DNA of 64,000 nt from assembly GCA_015233145.1 (NCBI GenBank), contig JADFYI010000004.1:4821-68820 (forward strand), read 5' to 3'. This DNA is from Candidatus Omnitrophota bacterium (lineage in GTDB: Bacteria > Omnitrophota > Gorgyraeia > Zapsychrales > Fredricksoniimonadaceae). The position numbers and the translations under genes were made by a program. Positions 30,109 to 40,476 of the stretch are shown piece after piece. The notes beneath the pieces are model-generated. The model saw nothing but the letters and a program-made list of their open reading frames with translations, was not told the DNA's origin and did no database searches. Numbering within the stretch: the first letter of the stretch is position 1; every line of letters starts with the position of its first letter.

Positions 30109-31617
30109 TTAACTTTCACCTCTTTTATTCTTAAGTTGATGCGCATAAGCAAGAGTTATTCCTAAAATCGCCCAAAATGGAATGGCATGGTACGGCAATT
30201 CCAAAAACACTGAAAATTGCGCTGCCACTAAACCATAAATCAAGATCGCCATCAAAAAACCTCCTGCGAAAGATCGCAGAGCCAAAAAGTCCCGGATCAC
30301 AAGAAAAATAAACCCCAAAAACCCGCAGATGAAGCCCAGCCCCACAATGCCTCCGCGGTAAATATAATGTAAAAAGGCATTATGCGGCGTAATATACCCA
30401 TCACGCTCCCATTCGCCCTGGGCAATCCCCAGCATCTCAATAGACCGTGATCGTTGTGGATGGCTAAAGCTAAACCCAAACAAAGGTTTTTTCTCTAAGA
30501 ATTCTTTAATCATGTCTTTCCAAACATAAAGCCTGAACAAAGAATTTCCATTTTTTGTCGCCAGCACACTCATTGGCAAAGATTCTTCAAAATCCCCCCT
30601 AACTATTCGTCCTGAATCTCGTATTCTTTTGCCAACATCCTGAAAAACAGCCGTGGCAGATATGCCTTCTGCCATGGCCTTAATCTTTTTTGTTTCATCA
30701 GGCATATCTTTAAGTGGACTTAACGGCAGATCCTCCGGATCCTGACATGCCGTCTTTTTATAAATCGGGCTGGAATTATCATGATAAAGGCAAACTCCCA
30801 TGACTTTGGGAATAAATGTTTTTTCCTTCCCCCGCAAGTATTTCTCCATCACCCCATAATCTTGTTTTAACTCGTTCCAGGTGAATAGAGATTTCAACAC
30901 AATCTTATCGGCCATAAAAAACACGGCCAATAACCCCAGAACTCCAAAAAGAATTAGAAATTTGACCTGGCGCCTGGCAACGATAATAGAGAAATAAATG
31001 ATCAAAAAAGAAAGCGAAGCGCATAAAGCCAGAAAATTCGCCCTGCTGCCGCACTGAAAAGCTTGCGAACAGGAAATAAATACCGCTGTCAACAACCAAA
31101 ACACGACCTTTTCAACATTTTTTTGAGCCGTGGATGCAATAGCACAAAGAAAAAATGCGCTAGCCACTGCCCCGAACTGAGAATTAAATTTTATAAGAAA
31201 AGATGCCAATACAATACCAACCGCTGCTCCTTCTAAAAACCTCCTTGACCGCAAGCCATTAGAAAAATAATACGCGAAAACCGCTGTCGCTGAATAATAA
31301 AATAACGCAGCATTCCGAAAGGCCAAAGGCCCGCCGCTAAAATAGCCGATACCCGCCTTTAAAAGGACCCAGAGAAAAAACAACCATAAAATAACTTTCT
31401 CTCGCGTTGGTCGAAAAAACCTTCTCCCACTACCTGACAAAAAGAACACCAAACATCCCATAAGTGCAATTTCCCCAATAAAAATAGGAAAATTTAAGAA
31501 CGATAACTTAAGGTTGAGTTCTGCAAAGTCTGAGTAAAAAAATGCATATCCTAAAAAAAGGCATACAAGCATACTAAGCCCGGTACGATCTGCCCAGATT
31601 ACCATCGTTTTCTTCAT
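30109..31617 (-). CDS. O-antigen polymerase/ligase-like (Wzy_C-type) membrane protein with a large external loop
   Basis: GSRANFLALCASL and ITPHNAFLHYIYRGGIVGLGF motifs, plus a ~150-aa hydrophilic loop. Start trimmed to ATG 31617, which overlaps the upstream stop (ATGA). Confidence 0.6.
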   Translation of the reverse strand: MKKTMVIWADRTGLSMLVCLFLGYAFFYSDFAELNLKLSFLNFPIFIGEIALMGCLVFFLSGSGRRFFRPTREKVILWLFFLWVLLKAGIGYFSGGPLAFRNAALFYYSATAVFAYYFSNGLRSRRFLEGAAVGIVLASFLIKFNSQFGAVASAFFLCAIASTAQKNVEKVVFWLLTAVFISCSQAFQCGSRANFLALCASLSFLIIYFSIIVARRQVKFLILFGVLGLLAVFFMADKIVLKSLFTWNELKQDYGVMEKYLRGKEKTFIPKVMGVCLYHDNSSPIYKKTACQDPEDLPLSPLKDMPDETKKIKAMAEGISATAVFQDVGKRIRDSGRIVRGDFEESLPMSVLATKNGNSLFRLYVWKDMIKEFLEKKPLFGFSFSHPQRSRSIEMLGIAQGEWERDGYITPHNAFLHYIYRGGIVGLGFICGFLGFIFLVIRDFLALRSFAGGFLMAILIYGLVAAQFSVFLELPYHAIPFWAILGITLAYAHQLKNKRGES

Positions 31618-32411
31618 TGTCTCTCCCACTGTGACCAATAAAACCCCTTAATTAATTTTTTCCAATACCTTTTACAACGGGCCACACACATAAGGAGCAG
31701 CCTTAACGCGTTTTTCAAAAAAAGAGGGACGGATCGTAAAAAAGGATCGTTGGCCAATAATGAGCCCTTTTGCTCCGCTAACGCCCGCGTCACCTCTAAA
31801 CTCTTATTGCCCGCATGCCAGCGAAAACTGGCTAATATTTTATTCAAATGCCCAAAAGAATAGTCTTTCAACGCTAAACGCAAAAAAAAGTCGTAATCCA
31901 TAGCATAACGATACCGTAAATCTAAAAAATTGCCTTCAGTAAAAATTCGACGCCGAAAAAATGTCGCTGTAGAAGGAATATAAAGGACATGCAAATATTT
32001 TAATATAAATAAATCAAATTCGATTTCCCGGCGATTCTGCAGAATTCTTCCCTCTGTATTAATCCAACGGTAGTCGCCATACAAAACGTCGCATTCACAA
32101 TGGTTTTCAAGAAATCCTCGAACAGACTCAAAACAGCCAGGAAGATAAAAATCATCCGCATTAAGCCAGCCGATAACATCCCCCGTAGCCACCTTAAATC
32201 CCTTATTAAGCGCATCGCTCTGGCCTTTATCCGGTTCGCAAATAACTTTAAGGTGCGGATATTTCTTTAAAATTTCAGCTGTCTTATCTGAAGAACAATT
32301 ATCAACGATAATATGCTCAAAATCTGGATAATTTTGAGCCAAAATGCTTTTAACCGCCTCTTCAATAAAAGCGCCCTGATTAAACGAGGGAGTAACAATG
32401 GAAATTTTCAA
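31614..32411 (-). CDS. Glycosyltransferase family 2
   Basis: MKISIVTPSFNQGAFIEEAVKSILAQNYPDFEHIIVDNCSSDKT, WLNADD. Confidence 0.85.
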   Translation of the reverse strand: MKISIVTPSFNQGAFIEEAVKSILAQNYPDFEHIIVDNCSSDKTAEILKKYPHLKVICEPDKGQSDALNKGFKVATGDVIGWLNADDFYLPGCFESVRGFLENHCECDVLYGDYRWINTEGRILQNRREIEFDLFILKYLHVLYIPSTATFFRRRIFTEGNFLDLRYRYAMDYDFFLRLALKDYSFGHLNKILASFRWHAGNKSLEVTRALAEQKGSLLANDPFLRSVPLFLKNALRLLLMCVARCKRYWKKLIKGFYWSQWERQ

Positions 32412-32433
32412 AAAATCATCCTCTCAAAAAAAC

Positions 32434-33156
32434 TTAACGATAAACAATATATTTCTTATCAAAAACCCGATTGGCACATCTTAGGAACGCCTTAACCCAA
32501 TGCCTGACCGCTGGCGGCCTAATCAAACACCCCGTTGTTCCATCGATTCTAGCGATCTTTGGTTCATTACGAAAGAAACTAAATTCAATATTGCCTTTAA
32601 ACAGTCTCCTGAAAAGTATTCTCTCGACCCAGTCTCCAGCGTCATCATTACATCCTAAATAAAGGTCATGTAGTTTTTCTTGATACATTTGCGTTTCAAT
32701 ACAAAAAAGCCACGTCAGCGCCAAGGCTTTGTATTTTAAACAATCAATTAAAAAACAGGGGGACGGTTGCGCCAGGCACTCTTTAAAAATATCCTTAAAA
32801 TTCAGTACATGATACCTGCCAGTGATTTTAATAAATCTATCCGGGAGAACAACCTCCGTCTTCACCCAATGTGTCAGCATTTCAAATTCCTGATATCCCT
32901 TCCCACGCTCAGGATGCGCTGACAGTGGAATTTTTCTTAAAACACAATTCTTAAGGCCAAGAAACTCCTGATCCGTTAATAAAGGATACGTTGAATTCTC
33001 CAAAAAATAGACTTTGGCAAAATTTGCATAATATTTTATCGCTTTTAAATATTCCTGTCTTCTCTTTACGGGATCCATATGGCTGATAGAAATATTGGGC
33101 GTAATTGATCCCGTTAAAACGATTCCAATATTCTTAACGCTGGACATTTTTTTCAC
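32434..33156 (-). CDS. Hypothetical protein (no recognisable motif)
   Basis: 240-aa ORF with 4-nt overlap to the upstream gene. The track start is GTG and ATG 33147 is an alternative. Soluble, with no family recognised by eye. Confidence 0.5.
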   Translation of the reverse strand: MKKMSSVKNIGIVLTGSITPNISISHMDPVKRRQEYLKAIKYYANFAKVYFLENSTYPLLTDQEFLGLKNCVLRKIPLSAHPERGKGYQEFEMLTHWVKTEVVLPDRFIKITGRYHVLNFKDIFKECLAQPSPCFLIDCLKYKALALTWLFCIETQMYQEKLHDLYLGCNDDAGDWVERILFRRLFKGNIEFSFFRNEPKIARIDGTTGCLIRPPAVRHWVKAFLRCANRVFDKKYIVYR

Positions 33157-34343
33157 CCCACCAAAGCTTTATCCAAAACAGCAAAAAAAGAATCCCTGTA
33201 ATTTTCATAAGAAAGAATTTTCAGACGCTCACGGCCTTTGCAAATCATGCCCTCACGCGCTGCCGGGCTGACAATAACACTCATAATTTTATCAGCAATA
33301 TCCTTTGGGGAGTCAGGATCAAACAGCAACGCGGCATCTCCTGTCTGTTCCCGCACTCCCGGCAGATCAGAAATAACCGCAGGACATCCGAAATAAAACG
33401 CTTCCAAGGTAGGAATATTCGTTGGGCCAAAATAAGTCGGCATCACGAGTGCCAGGGCCTTCTCGTAAAGTACTGGCATAAACTTGTCCTGAACATAACC
33501 CAGGTAGATCACATGCTCCTCAAGACCAAGTTCCTTGACCAAAGACAATATCCGCTCAAACCCTTCTTTCTTTGAACCCGCCAGCACAAGTTTCAAAGCG
33601 GGATCAGACGCGATAAGCGTTTTCATCGCCAAGAACAAATTACGATGATTCTTGTGCGCCCAAAGCTGAGCCGGATAAAACAAATATTTTTCCGGCAATC
33701 CTGACTTAAAGCGGGCAACTTCCGAACCGCTATCTTCCTCGGGCTCCAACGTCTTTGAAAGCGCCTGATACAACACGTCAATCTTAGAAGCGTCTCCTGC
33801 GTAATACTTAACCACATCCCTCCGAAGCTGATTAGAATCCACAACAACACGGCTGGCTTGGCGAATGCCGTAAGAAAACAGTAAATTCCTGCGCCGCAAT
33901 TCGCCATTTGCAGAAACCTCGGAAAATTGCGGATAAAAAACATGGGCAATATCCGTAAACATAAATATCTGCCGGCCATTATAAAAAGCCGGATGAAACG
34001 ACGCTCCGGGAAAAATCATCAAGTCTATGCGCCTTTTCGCCGCCAAATTATTTAACGGATACATGTAACGCAAACCATGTATTAAAAAAGGGCATCGAAT
34101 AAAAATCCGAGTCTGAATTTTCTGCCAGAAAATTTCCCATTTCCCAACTCGACAATAACGAAAACCAGAAAATTTCTTTCGAATATCCAGCAACTCTCCT
34201 GACTCATCTGCATAAAAAATATGCACCTGAGCGCCATCTCGACATTCCTGATAACGCTTGAGCGCAGATAATATATTGACCGCCCACTGATACGTCCCTC
34301 CGGCATGACGGGTCAAAGAAAAAATAAGTCCGATATTCCGCAT
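33153..34343 (-). CDS. Glycosyltransferase family 4 (GT-B)
   Basis: Start trimmed to MRNIGLIFSLTRHAGGTYQW (ATG 34343). C-terminus: YLFYPAQLWAHKNH...ALVMPTYFGPTNIPTLEAFYFGCPAVISDLPGVREQTGDAALLFDP. Paralogous to the CDS at 40477-41703. Confidence 0.8.
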   Translation of the reverse strand: MRNIGLIFSLTRHAGGTYQWAVNILSALKRYQECRDGAQVHIFYADESGELLDIRKKFSGFRYCRVGKWEIFWQKIQTRIFIRCPFLIHGLRYMYPLNNLAAKRRIDLMIFPGASFHPAFYNGRQIFMFTDIAHVFYPQFSEVSANGELRRRNLLFSYGIRQASRVVVDSNQLRRDVVKYYAGDASKIDVLYQALSKTLEPEEDSGSEVARFKSGLPEKYLFYPAQLWAHKNHRNLFLAMKTLIASDPALKLVLAGSKKEGFERILSLVKELGLEEHVIYLGYVQDKFMPVLYEKALALVMPTYFGPTNIPTLEAFYFGCPAVISDLPGVREQTGDAALLFDPDSPKDIADKIMSVIVSPAAREGMICKGRERLKILSYENYRDSFFAVLDKALVG

Positions 34344-34353
34344 CAAAGTCCGC

Positions 34354-35157
34354 CTATCCCTTACGCGCCAAAACAATAAGATTGCTTGATTCCGGATCAG
34401 ACATTTCAACGACATCAAATCCAGCGGTCTGAACCGCGGCACGCATAACCGATGGTGTAAAAATATTCAAATGCTGGTTTGCAATATTCCCGACATCACC
34501 ATAAACCCAATGAAGAAAACCATAGAAATTCTTGTGATACCAGCCATCCTGCGGATTATAAAAATCCTCATCCTCGGGAAAACCCAGGCTCAAAAATCTT
34601 TCTTTCTTAACCTCTGGGACAACTTCAAACCAAAACCCATAGCAAACACCTAATATGTTGGGGCACCTGAGTGTCAGCAAACCGCCTGTTTCCAAAATCC
34701 GATAATACTGTGCAAGTTGTTCCCTAAACTCCTGGGCTGTTAAATGCTCAACCAGGTGATTGCTGTGAACATGCGAAACACTCCCGTCAGGAATAAACTT
34801 TAAATCAAGAATGTTCGCCTGTATTTGCCTCTCCACGCCTGGATAAGAAATAAAATCGATATTTACAAAACCTTTCAGATTTTTCCTGCCGCCCCCAATG
34901 TTCAACTTTTGATAACCCTGCACTTTAAAATTCAAGAACGCTTTTCCCACCGTATCATTATTTGACAGCTGACAACCCTGTTTCTTCAAACAAGATTTGA
35001 TCTTATTTCTCAAACGCAAGCTAAAAAACCTCCACGCGCCTACAAGAGAAATAAAAACAGTTACGGAATTATTAATAAGTGAATTTTTAAAAAACGCACT
35101 CCTTTTAAAATCTTTGGCTTCTAAAATCGTTAAACTTTTTACCGATCCAGTTTTCAT
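34354..35157 (-). CDS. SAM-dependent methyltransferase-like protein (type 11/23-like) with an N-terminal hydrophobic segment
   Basis: KLNIGGGRKNLKGFVNIDF occupies the position of motif I. Also SNHLVEHLT and LETGGLLTLRCP. Confidence 0.6.
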   Translation of the reverse strand: MKTGSVKSLTILEAKDFKRSAFFKNSLINNSVTVFISLVGAWRFFSLRLRNKIKSCLKKQGCQLSNNDTVGKAFLNFKVQGYQKLNIGGGRKNLKGFVNIDFISYPGVERQIQANILDLKFIPDGSVSHVHSNHLVEHLTAQEFREQLAQYYRILETGGLLTLRCPNILGVCYGFWFEVVPEVKKERFLSLGFPEDEDFYNPQDGWYHKNFYGFLHWVYGDVGNIANQHLNIFTPSVMRAAVQTAGFDVVEMSDPESSNLIVLARKG

Positions 35158-35160
35158 TCC

Positions 35161-36186
35161 TCATCCCACCTTCTGAGAAAGAATTTTCCCAATCCTAATG
35201 CTTGGTTTTTCTACAAAATAGTGTAATAAAACCGGCAAAAAAACCAACGAAAGAAAAACAAATACACTTTTCAATAATCCTCGCTGTAAATTCAAATGCT
35301 CACGCCAATCCATGGGGATTCCATGTGTTAAATAAAGACTGTAGGAAATCAAACCCACCCACAATACCACCTTAGGATAATAAAATCCCGCATCGAACCG
35401 TCGTTTAAAATAAATAAAAAGCAATACTGCCGTTAGAAAACTGGCGAGACTCGCCTGAAGAAACCATACATTCCCCTTGCTGGGAACAAAAAGAGCCGAA
35501 AGAATGAGCATGGTCAGAATTAAACCAAAAACCACCTTTGATCCTGCGCCTTGAGAAGGTTTGACTGATATGTCTTTTGCCGCCAATGCCACAACAACGC
35601 CATAAAGCAAATTATCCATCCATCTAAAAGTGTTCATTATCGATTCGGGGAAAGGCATCCCTCCCAACAAATTTGTAAATTTTATAACAAACGAAACAAG
35701 AATTAAAAATATGATGCAGGAATAAAGCATTTTTTTGTTCTTCTTAAGCGGTAAAACAAGAAACGGAATCAGCATATAGAACCAAAATTCAATGTGAAGC
35801 GTCCAAAATACTGAAACTCCTATGCCAATAATTTTATCGGGCATCTTTATAAAGAAAATCAATCCTGGCAGTGCTTTTAAATAATTATTAAAATCATCCG
35901 ACGGAAAAAAGAAATAGAGTAACATCAAATAAAACATGCAAATACAAAAATACGGAGGATAAACCCTAAAAAACCTTCTGACTATAAAATTGAAGAAACC
36001 CGCATCCTCTTTAAGCAAAATATTTGTTATCAAATAACCGCTCAAACAAAAGAATATGGCGACACCAATACTCCCCCCTGGAAGAAAGCTGGCTTTATAA
36101 TGGCCGATAACAACAAGAAAAATAGCCAAAGCACGCAACATATCCAGAAAATCTAAACGATCATTGTGGCCAAGCTGTTTTTTCAT
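35161..36186 (-). CDS. Acyltransferase family 3 (membrane O-acyltransferase)
   Basis: RLDFLDMLRALAIFLVVIGH is the typical AT3 N-terminus, followed by ~10 TM segments. Start trimmed to ATG 36186. Confidence 0.8.
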   Translation of the reverse strand: MKKQLGHNDRLDFLDMLRALAIFLVVIGHYKASFLPGGSIGVAIFFCLSGYLITNILLKEDAGFFNFIVRRFFRVYPPYFCICMFYLMLLYFFFPSDDFNNYLKALPGLIFFIKMPDKIIGIGVSVFWTLHIEFWFYMLIPFLVLPLKKNKKMLYSCIIFLILVSFVIKFTNLLGGMPFPESIMNTFRWMDNLLYGVVVALAAKDISVKPSQGAGSKVVFGLILTMLILSALFVPSKGNVWFLQASLASFLTAVLLFIYFKRRFDAGFYYPKVVLWVGLISYSLYLTHGIPMDWREHLNLQRGLLKSVFVFLSLVFLPVLLHYFVEKPSIRIGKILSQKVG

Positions 36187-36223
36187 GCTCTCACAAATCC
36201 TTTTCGTTAAAATAAAAACGCGC

Positions 36224-37267
36224 TCAGCCTCGTATTCTTTTACCTGAAAAACCAATAGAGCAATTATGACATCCGGGAATCTTTCTTCTTTCCCCCTTAG
36301 ACATCAACTCCAAAAAATCCCTGCGCTTCTGCGAACGCCAAATAGATTCCAGGGTGTCTTTTGAGAAATCCCCGTATTTTGTCTGCTCTTTGAGGTCATT
36401 ACAGCACTTTATGACAGCTCCGGATGACGAAAGCGTGACCGAGTCAAAAACAAAAGAACAAAACCCTGCCCGCGGACTAAACGCCCCGGACTTTGTGTGA
36501 AACGAATCATTCCAATCCCTGGGCTCCCACTGAGAAACTTTATGGGCCTCTTTAAATATCTCATCGTAACAGGCATCCTGGCATTGCTTTTTCGAGACGT
36601 CGTCGTTGCCGTTATGAACCTGAATGATGACTTTATGACCCGCCGCCTTGTTTTTCTTTAACAAATAGCGGGTATTTTTGATAACAGTTTCAAACTTGGC
36701 CCCGGGGCGCATATATTCAAAAGATTCCTTATTAACACCGTCAATGCTGCAAAATATCTTTTTGACAACTCCCTGCCCAAGGATAAAATCAACTTTTTCC
36801 TCATCAAATAACATCATATTGTCGTTAAGGATAACCCATGGCGAAAACGCGGGGTAGCGCCGCTTAAATCCTGCAGTTAAACGAACAATTTCCTTATATT
36901 GAGGGTGCAGAAAGAAACAACCGCTGATCGGCCATTCCATAATAATATCTTGGCGATATTGTTTATTGCCGCAAAGCTCGAAAAGTAATTTCTCATAAAG
37001 ATTCAAAGAAAGATACGCCGAACGGTCTCCCTGTTTTAAATGACAATAACGACATCGTAAATTACATACCGAGCAAAACTCGATAGAAACACACTGAATA
37101 TCTCTTAAAGAAATTTTTCCTTTCTTAAAACAAGAAAATTTCTTTCCCAATTCTCTCATTTGCCAGGGTTCCTGAAAAAGAAGAAGCCATTTCAAACGAA
37201 AAAATAAATAACAGCTATAAAACCATGAAAAATTTCTCTTTATGAAGTCTTTTTGCCCCTGCCGCAT
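36224..37267 (-). CDS. Radical SAM enzyme with Cys-rich SPASM/twitch-like C-terminus
   Basis: CNLRCRYC (CxxxCxxC). The C-terminus reads GFCSFVFDSVTLSSSGAVIKCCND...IPGCHNCS. The track start is TTG at 37297, and ATG 37267 is preferred. Confidence 0.8.
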   Translation of the reverse strand: MRQGQKDFIKRNFSWFYSCYLFFRLKWLLLFQEPWQMRELGKKFSCFKKGKISLRDIQCVSIEFCSVCNLRCRYCHLKQGDRSAYLSLNLYEKLLFELCGNKQYRQDIIMEWPISGCFFLHPQYKEIVRLTAGFKRRYPAFSPWVILNDNMMLFDEEKVDFILGQGVVKKIFCSIDGVNKESFEYMRPGAKFETVIKNTRYLLKKNKAAGHKVIIQVHNGNDDVSKKQCQDACYDEIFKEAHKVSQWEPRDWNDSFHTKSGAFSPRAGFCSFVFDSVTLSSSGAVIKCCNDLKEQTKYGDFSKDTLESIWRSQKRRDFLELMSKGERRKIPGCHNCSIGFSGKRIRG

Positions 37268-37287
37268 AATTCTTGTTCCCCATAAAC

Positions 37288-38889
37288 CTACCGACAAAAT
37301 ACAGCTATCACAAGCCCATTGGCATTCTCATAAGGCGAACCGTACTTTACATCTTTAATTTCTTCCCAAGAAACTTCCTGCCAACGGTTATCTGCTGAAA
37401 CTCTCTTCAAACAATAACTTTTTTTGAAGCCCAACCGCCCTTCATCAAACAGCCGGTCCAAAACCGGATTATAACCTACTGGGAATGTCACAACCCCCAA
37501 ACCTTCCGGAGAAAGGCAGTCTTTCATGCGTTCAATCGCCCGTATCACTTTTTCCGGCTCCCGGGGCTCTTCATCCCACCCCACATGTTCAAGGGTCGAT
37601 ATCATGACAATCGCGTCATACTTGTTCCCGGGCTTAAAATCAACCACATCTTCCCGGATAATCTTTCGGGCGCGATCATATTTATCAACGACATCGTGCG
37701 GAAACGAAAAATAATGAGAAAGGACATTGCCTACTTCAAGAATTCTTTTACCCGGGCAGGGCTTTATCATGTCCAAAACAACAGGAATTTCAACCGCCCG
37801 CTCATGACGCCAGGTCACGTTATAAGGATGAAAAAAATAGGGGTACTTTTTCCCCTCAAAATCAAACACCCACCCCCGCCTTAAGAAACTAATCACTAAA
37901 CAACTAATGCCATTCAAAACCTTGCCTTTAAGTCCAAGCCCCAGAGACGGCAATTTTACGGTCGCGAATTTTCTTCGTGCCAACAAATCAATCCTCCTTA
38001 AAACCTTTTTGAAAATATTCCTGCGAAGGCTTAAAAAATACCCTTTAATCAAATGACGAACATTTTCATCCTGAACCACAGGCACTGGCCGCAGCGTGAT
38101 CCTGACATCGCGGGGGTCATTACAAGAAAACTCCGCAGCGCTACCCCCTTGATTATGAGTAGAATCTTCGCCATACCCTATATTTGCCACCAGCGAACGG
38201 CCGGGGCATAAAGTCAGCTTTTTATTTAAAAAAGCCGCTGCCCGCCATCGAATGGCCCAGGAATCGTTCCGGCCTCGAATTTGATCCTTGAGCATTTGAA
38301 CATACGGATACGCTCCATCAGAATCAAAGGCTTTGGTCTGTCTCAAGCGAAGAAGTTCTCCCAACAATTTCTGTCCATCACGCTCAAATAAATCCCAGCC
38401 GCGCTTCCAGGTTGCCCAACCGCAGCAATCCGCCAAACGAAGAAAAAATGTTTCCGGAAGTTGTTCTCTCACAGGGTACATATAACCACTGATGGAAATA
38501 ACTGCGTTATTATCCCTATAAAGATCAAGCGCATGGTTCATGTATTCCAAAAAATAAGAAGAAACGATCATGTCATCTTCAAGCACTATCACTTTCCCAT
38601 CATCATTCACAACTTTTGTCACACCATCAATAATAGAATGCGCGAGCCCTTTATTGATCGGCGATTCAATAATCTTTATATCCCTAAACCCCGATATCGT
38701 CCGCACATAGGCGCGTACAGCATCGACCTTTGGAGCATCAGACGACTTCTTTGCCCCATCGCAAAAAACATATAACACAGAATCCCTGGCTTCGGCATTA
38801 GACAAAAGCCTGTCAACAGTCTGCCGGGTCAGGCCAAGGCGCTTATAGACAAACAAGGCAATAGGTGCCAAATCTTTAGATACTGCCAT
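37288..38889 (-). CDS. Fusion protein: N-terminal GT-A glycosyltransferase-like domain plus C-terminal SAM-methyltransferase-like domain
   Basis: N-terminal part: APIALFVYKRL...VFCDG...VIVLEDDMIV (EDD acidic motif, GNT-I/GT-A-like). C-terminal part: RILEVGNVLSHYF...DAIVMISTLEHVGWDE (class I MTase-like). Confidence 0.55.
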   Translation of the reverse strand: MAVSKDLAPIALFVYKRLGLTRQTVDRLLSNAEARDSVLYVFCDGAKKSSDAPKVDAVRAYVRTISGFRDIKIIESPINKGLAHSIIDGVTKVVNDDGKVIVLEDDMIVSSYFLEYMNHALDLYRDNNAVISISGYMYPVREQLPETFFLRLADCCGWATWKRGWDLFERDGQKLLGELLRLRQTKAFDSDGAYPYVQMLKDQIRGRNDSWAIRWRAAAFLNKKLTLCPGRSLVANIGYGEDSTHNQGGSAAEFSCNDPRDVRITLRPVPVVQDENVRHLIKGYFLSLRRNIFKKVLRRIDLLARRKFATVKLPSLGLGLKGKVLNGISCLVISFLRRGWVFDFEGKKYPYFFHPYNVTWRHERAVEIPVVLDMIKPCPGKRILEVGNVLSHYFSFPHDVVDKYDRARKIIREDVVDFKPGNKYDAIVMISTLEHVGWDEEPREPEKVIRAIERMKDCLSPEGLGVVTFPVGYNPVLDRLFDEGRLGFKKSYCLKRVSADNRWQEVSWEEIKDVKYGSPYENANGLVIAVFCR

Positions 38890-38894
38890 AACTT

Positions 38895-39749
38895 TTAACC
38901 TCTGGTCCGGGATAAAAAAAGCTTTAATAAAATTGTTTTTACCCCGCGATAAAACACCCTCAACACATTAATTGCTTTCCATGGCCAGGGGCATGCCAAA
39001 GCCACAAAAGAAATCCCATAAATCGGGTTATCCGCAAAACGTTTTGAAAAATATTTCTTAAGAAACTCTGCCACTCCTTTAGAATTCCCAATATCACGAT
39101 AACCCGTGGCCGACTCATCCATTTCCAGCCTTAACGCAGGGTCTGTCATCAATCTCAACCCTTTATGATAGGCACGAATCGTAAATTCGTAATCTGAAGC
39201 ATAATGCGGCAGCAAAACAGGATGAAAACCGCCAATCTCAAAAAAATCGCACACTCTCAAAAAAAGTCCGCGGGTAGATAAACAATTTATCTTTTCCGGT
39301 TCCAACGCTCTTTCGAAGATTAAACGGCGCCAATCCACAAAAACACCGGCATCCATCAATTTTCCAGTATGTTTGCTGTACGCATACGCCAAAAGAAGGC
39401 TCTGAGGATTTCGGTCTAAAATCTTAAGTCCATTCTTGAAGAAATCAGGGGCAAACTCAGTATCATTGTTCATAATCAAAACAACGTCATCATGACTGGC
39501 CTTACTGCGTTTAAGCCACAAATACCCCTGATGAAGCCCGCCACCCCACCACCAATTTCCCTTGCCCGTAATCACAGAAAGATTTTTAACTTTATCTTTC
39601 ACATAATCCGCAGTTCCATCTGTCGAGCCATCATCAATCAAAATAAGGTGATAATTTAAAAAAGATTGATTCAAAAGGCTTTCAATGAAAGCTTTTGTCT
39701 TCTCAATCCGATTATGAACGGGCAATAAAATATAAACTTTAGGCGACAC
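38895..39749 (-). CDS. Glycosyltransferase family 2
   Basis: KVYILLPVHNRIEKTKAFIESLLNQSFLNYHLILIDDGSTDGT, IMNNDTEF. Confidence 0.85.
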   Translation of the reverse strand: MSPKVYILLPVHNRIEKTKAFIESLLNQSFLNYHLILIDDGSTDGTADYVKDKVKNLSVITGKGNWWWGGGLHQGYLWLKRSKASHDDVVLIMNNDTEFAPDFFKNGLKILDRNPQSLLLAYAYSKHTGKLMDAGVFVDWRRLIFERALEPEKINCLSTRGLFLRVCDFFEIGGFHPVLLPHYASDYEFTIRAYHKGLRLMTDPALRLEMDESATGYRDIGNSKGVAEFLKKYFSKRFADNPIYGISFVALACPWPWKAINVLRVFYRGVKTILLKLFLSRTRG

Positions 39750-39777
39750 GGCATTCCTCTGCCAAAAAACTCAATTT

Positions 39778-40470
39778 TTAATTTACAAACCGATACTTAA
39801 TAAGCGGCCAATACATCTCAAGGGCCTTGACCCAATCAATCTTCTTTCCCTGTTCTCTGGTGCGTGCAACGTATTTAATCGGCACTTCAACGATTCTGAC
39901 ACCCTGTTTCAAAAGCTTTACCGTTACCTCTGTTTCAAACGCAAAATTCTTTGAAACAATCGTTACTTTATTAAGAAAAACCCGGGGGAAAACTTTAAAA
40001 CAGGTATTGACATCAGTAATGTAAGCCCTATACAAAACCCTGAGCGTCAAATTAGACATCACATTGGCCCAGCGGTTCACCGGCTCCATAGCATCAATAC
40101 GCCCCAAAAACCTTGATCCATACACCACGTCTGTTTTTCCATCAACAATGGGCTGGAGAAGCTGAGGATACTGCCGGGGGTCATATTCCAAGTCCGCGTC
40201 CTGCACTAAAAGAAATTCCCCAGCCGCTTCCTTAAAACCCTTTAATAATGCTGAAGTTTTACCCTGATTATCCTGATGAAAAATACGAATGCGGGGATCT
40301 TTAACGCATTGCTTTAAAATATCAGCGGTCTTGTCTTTGGACCCGTCATTAACAATAACAATTTCTAAAGAAAAACCCTGTGGTAACGGCGCGCTTAAAA
40401 CATTGGCAATCACCTGGGCGATGGTCCGCTCCTCGTTAAAAACCGGAATAACAACAGAAAGTAATTTCAT
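39778..40470 (-). CDS. Glycosyltransferase family 2 (DPM1/polyprenyl-phosphate glycosyltransferase-like)
   Basis: MKLLSVVIPVFNEERTI, VIVNDGSKDKT, LVQDADLEYDP, VYGSRFL. Confidence 0.85.
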   Translation of the reverse strand: MKLLSVVIPVFNEERTIAQVIANVLSAPLPQGFSLEIVIVNDGSKDKTADILKQCVKDPRIRIFHQDNQGKTSALLKGFKEAAGEFLLVQDADLEYDPRQYPQLLQPIVDGKTDVVYGSRFLGRIDAMEPVNRWANVMSNLTLRVLYRAYITDVNTCFKVFPRVFLNKVTIVSKNFAFETEVTVKLLKQGVRIVEVPIKYVARTREQGKKIDWVKALEMYWPLIKYRFVN

Positions 40471-40476
40471 AATATC

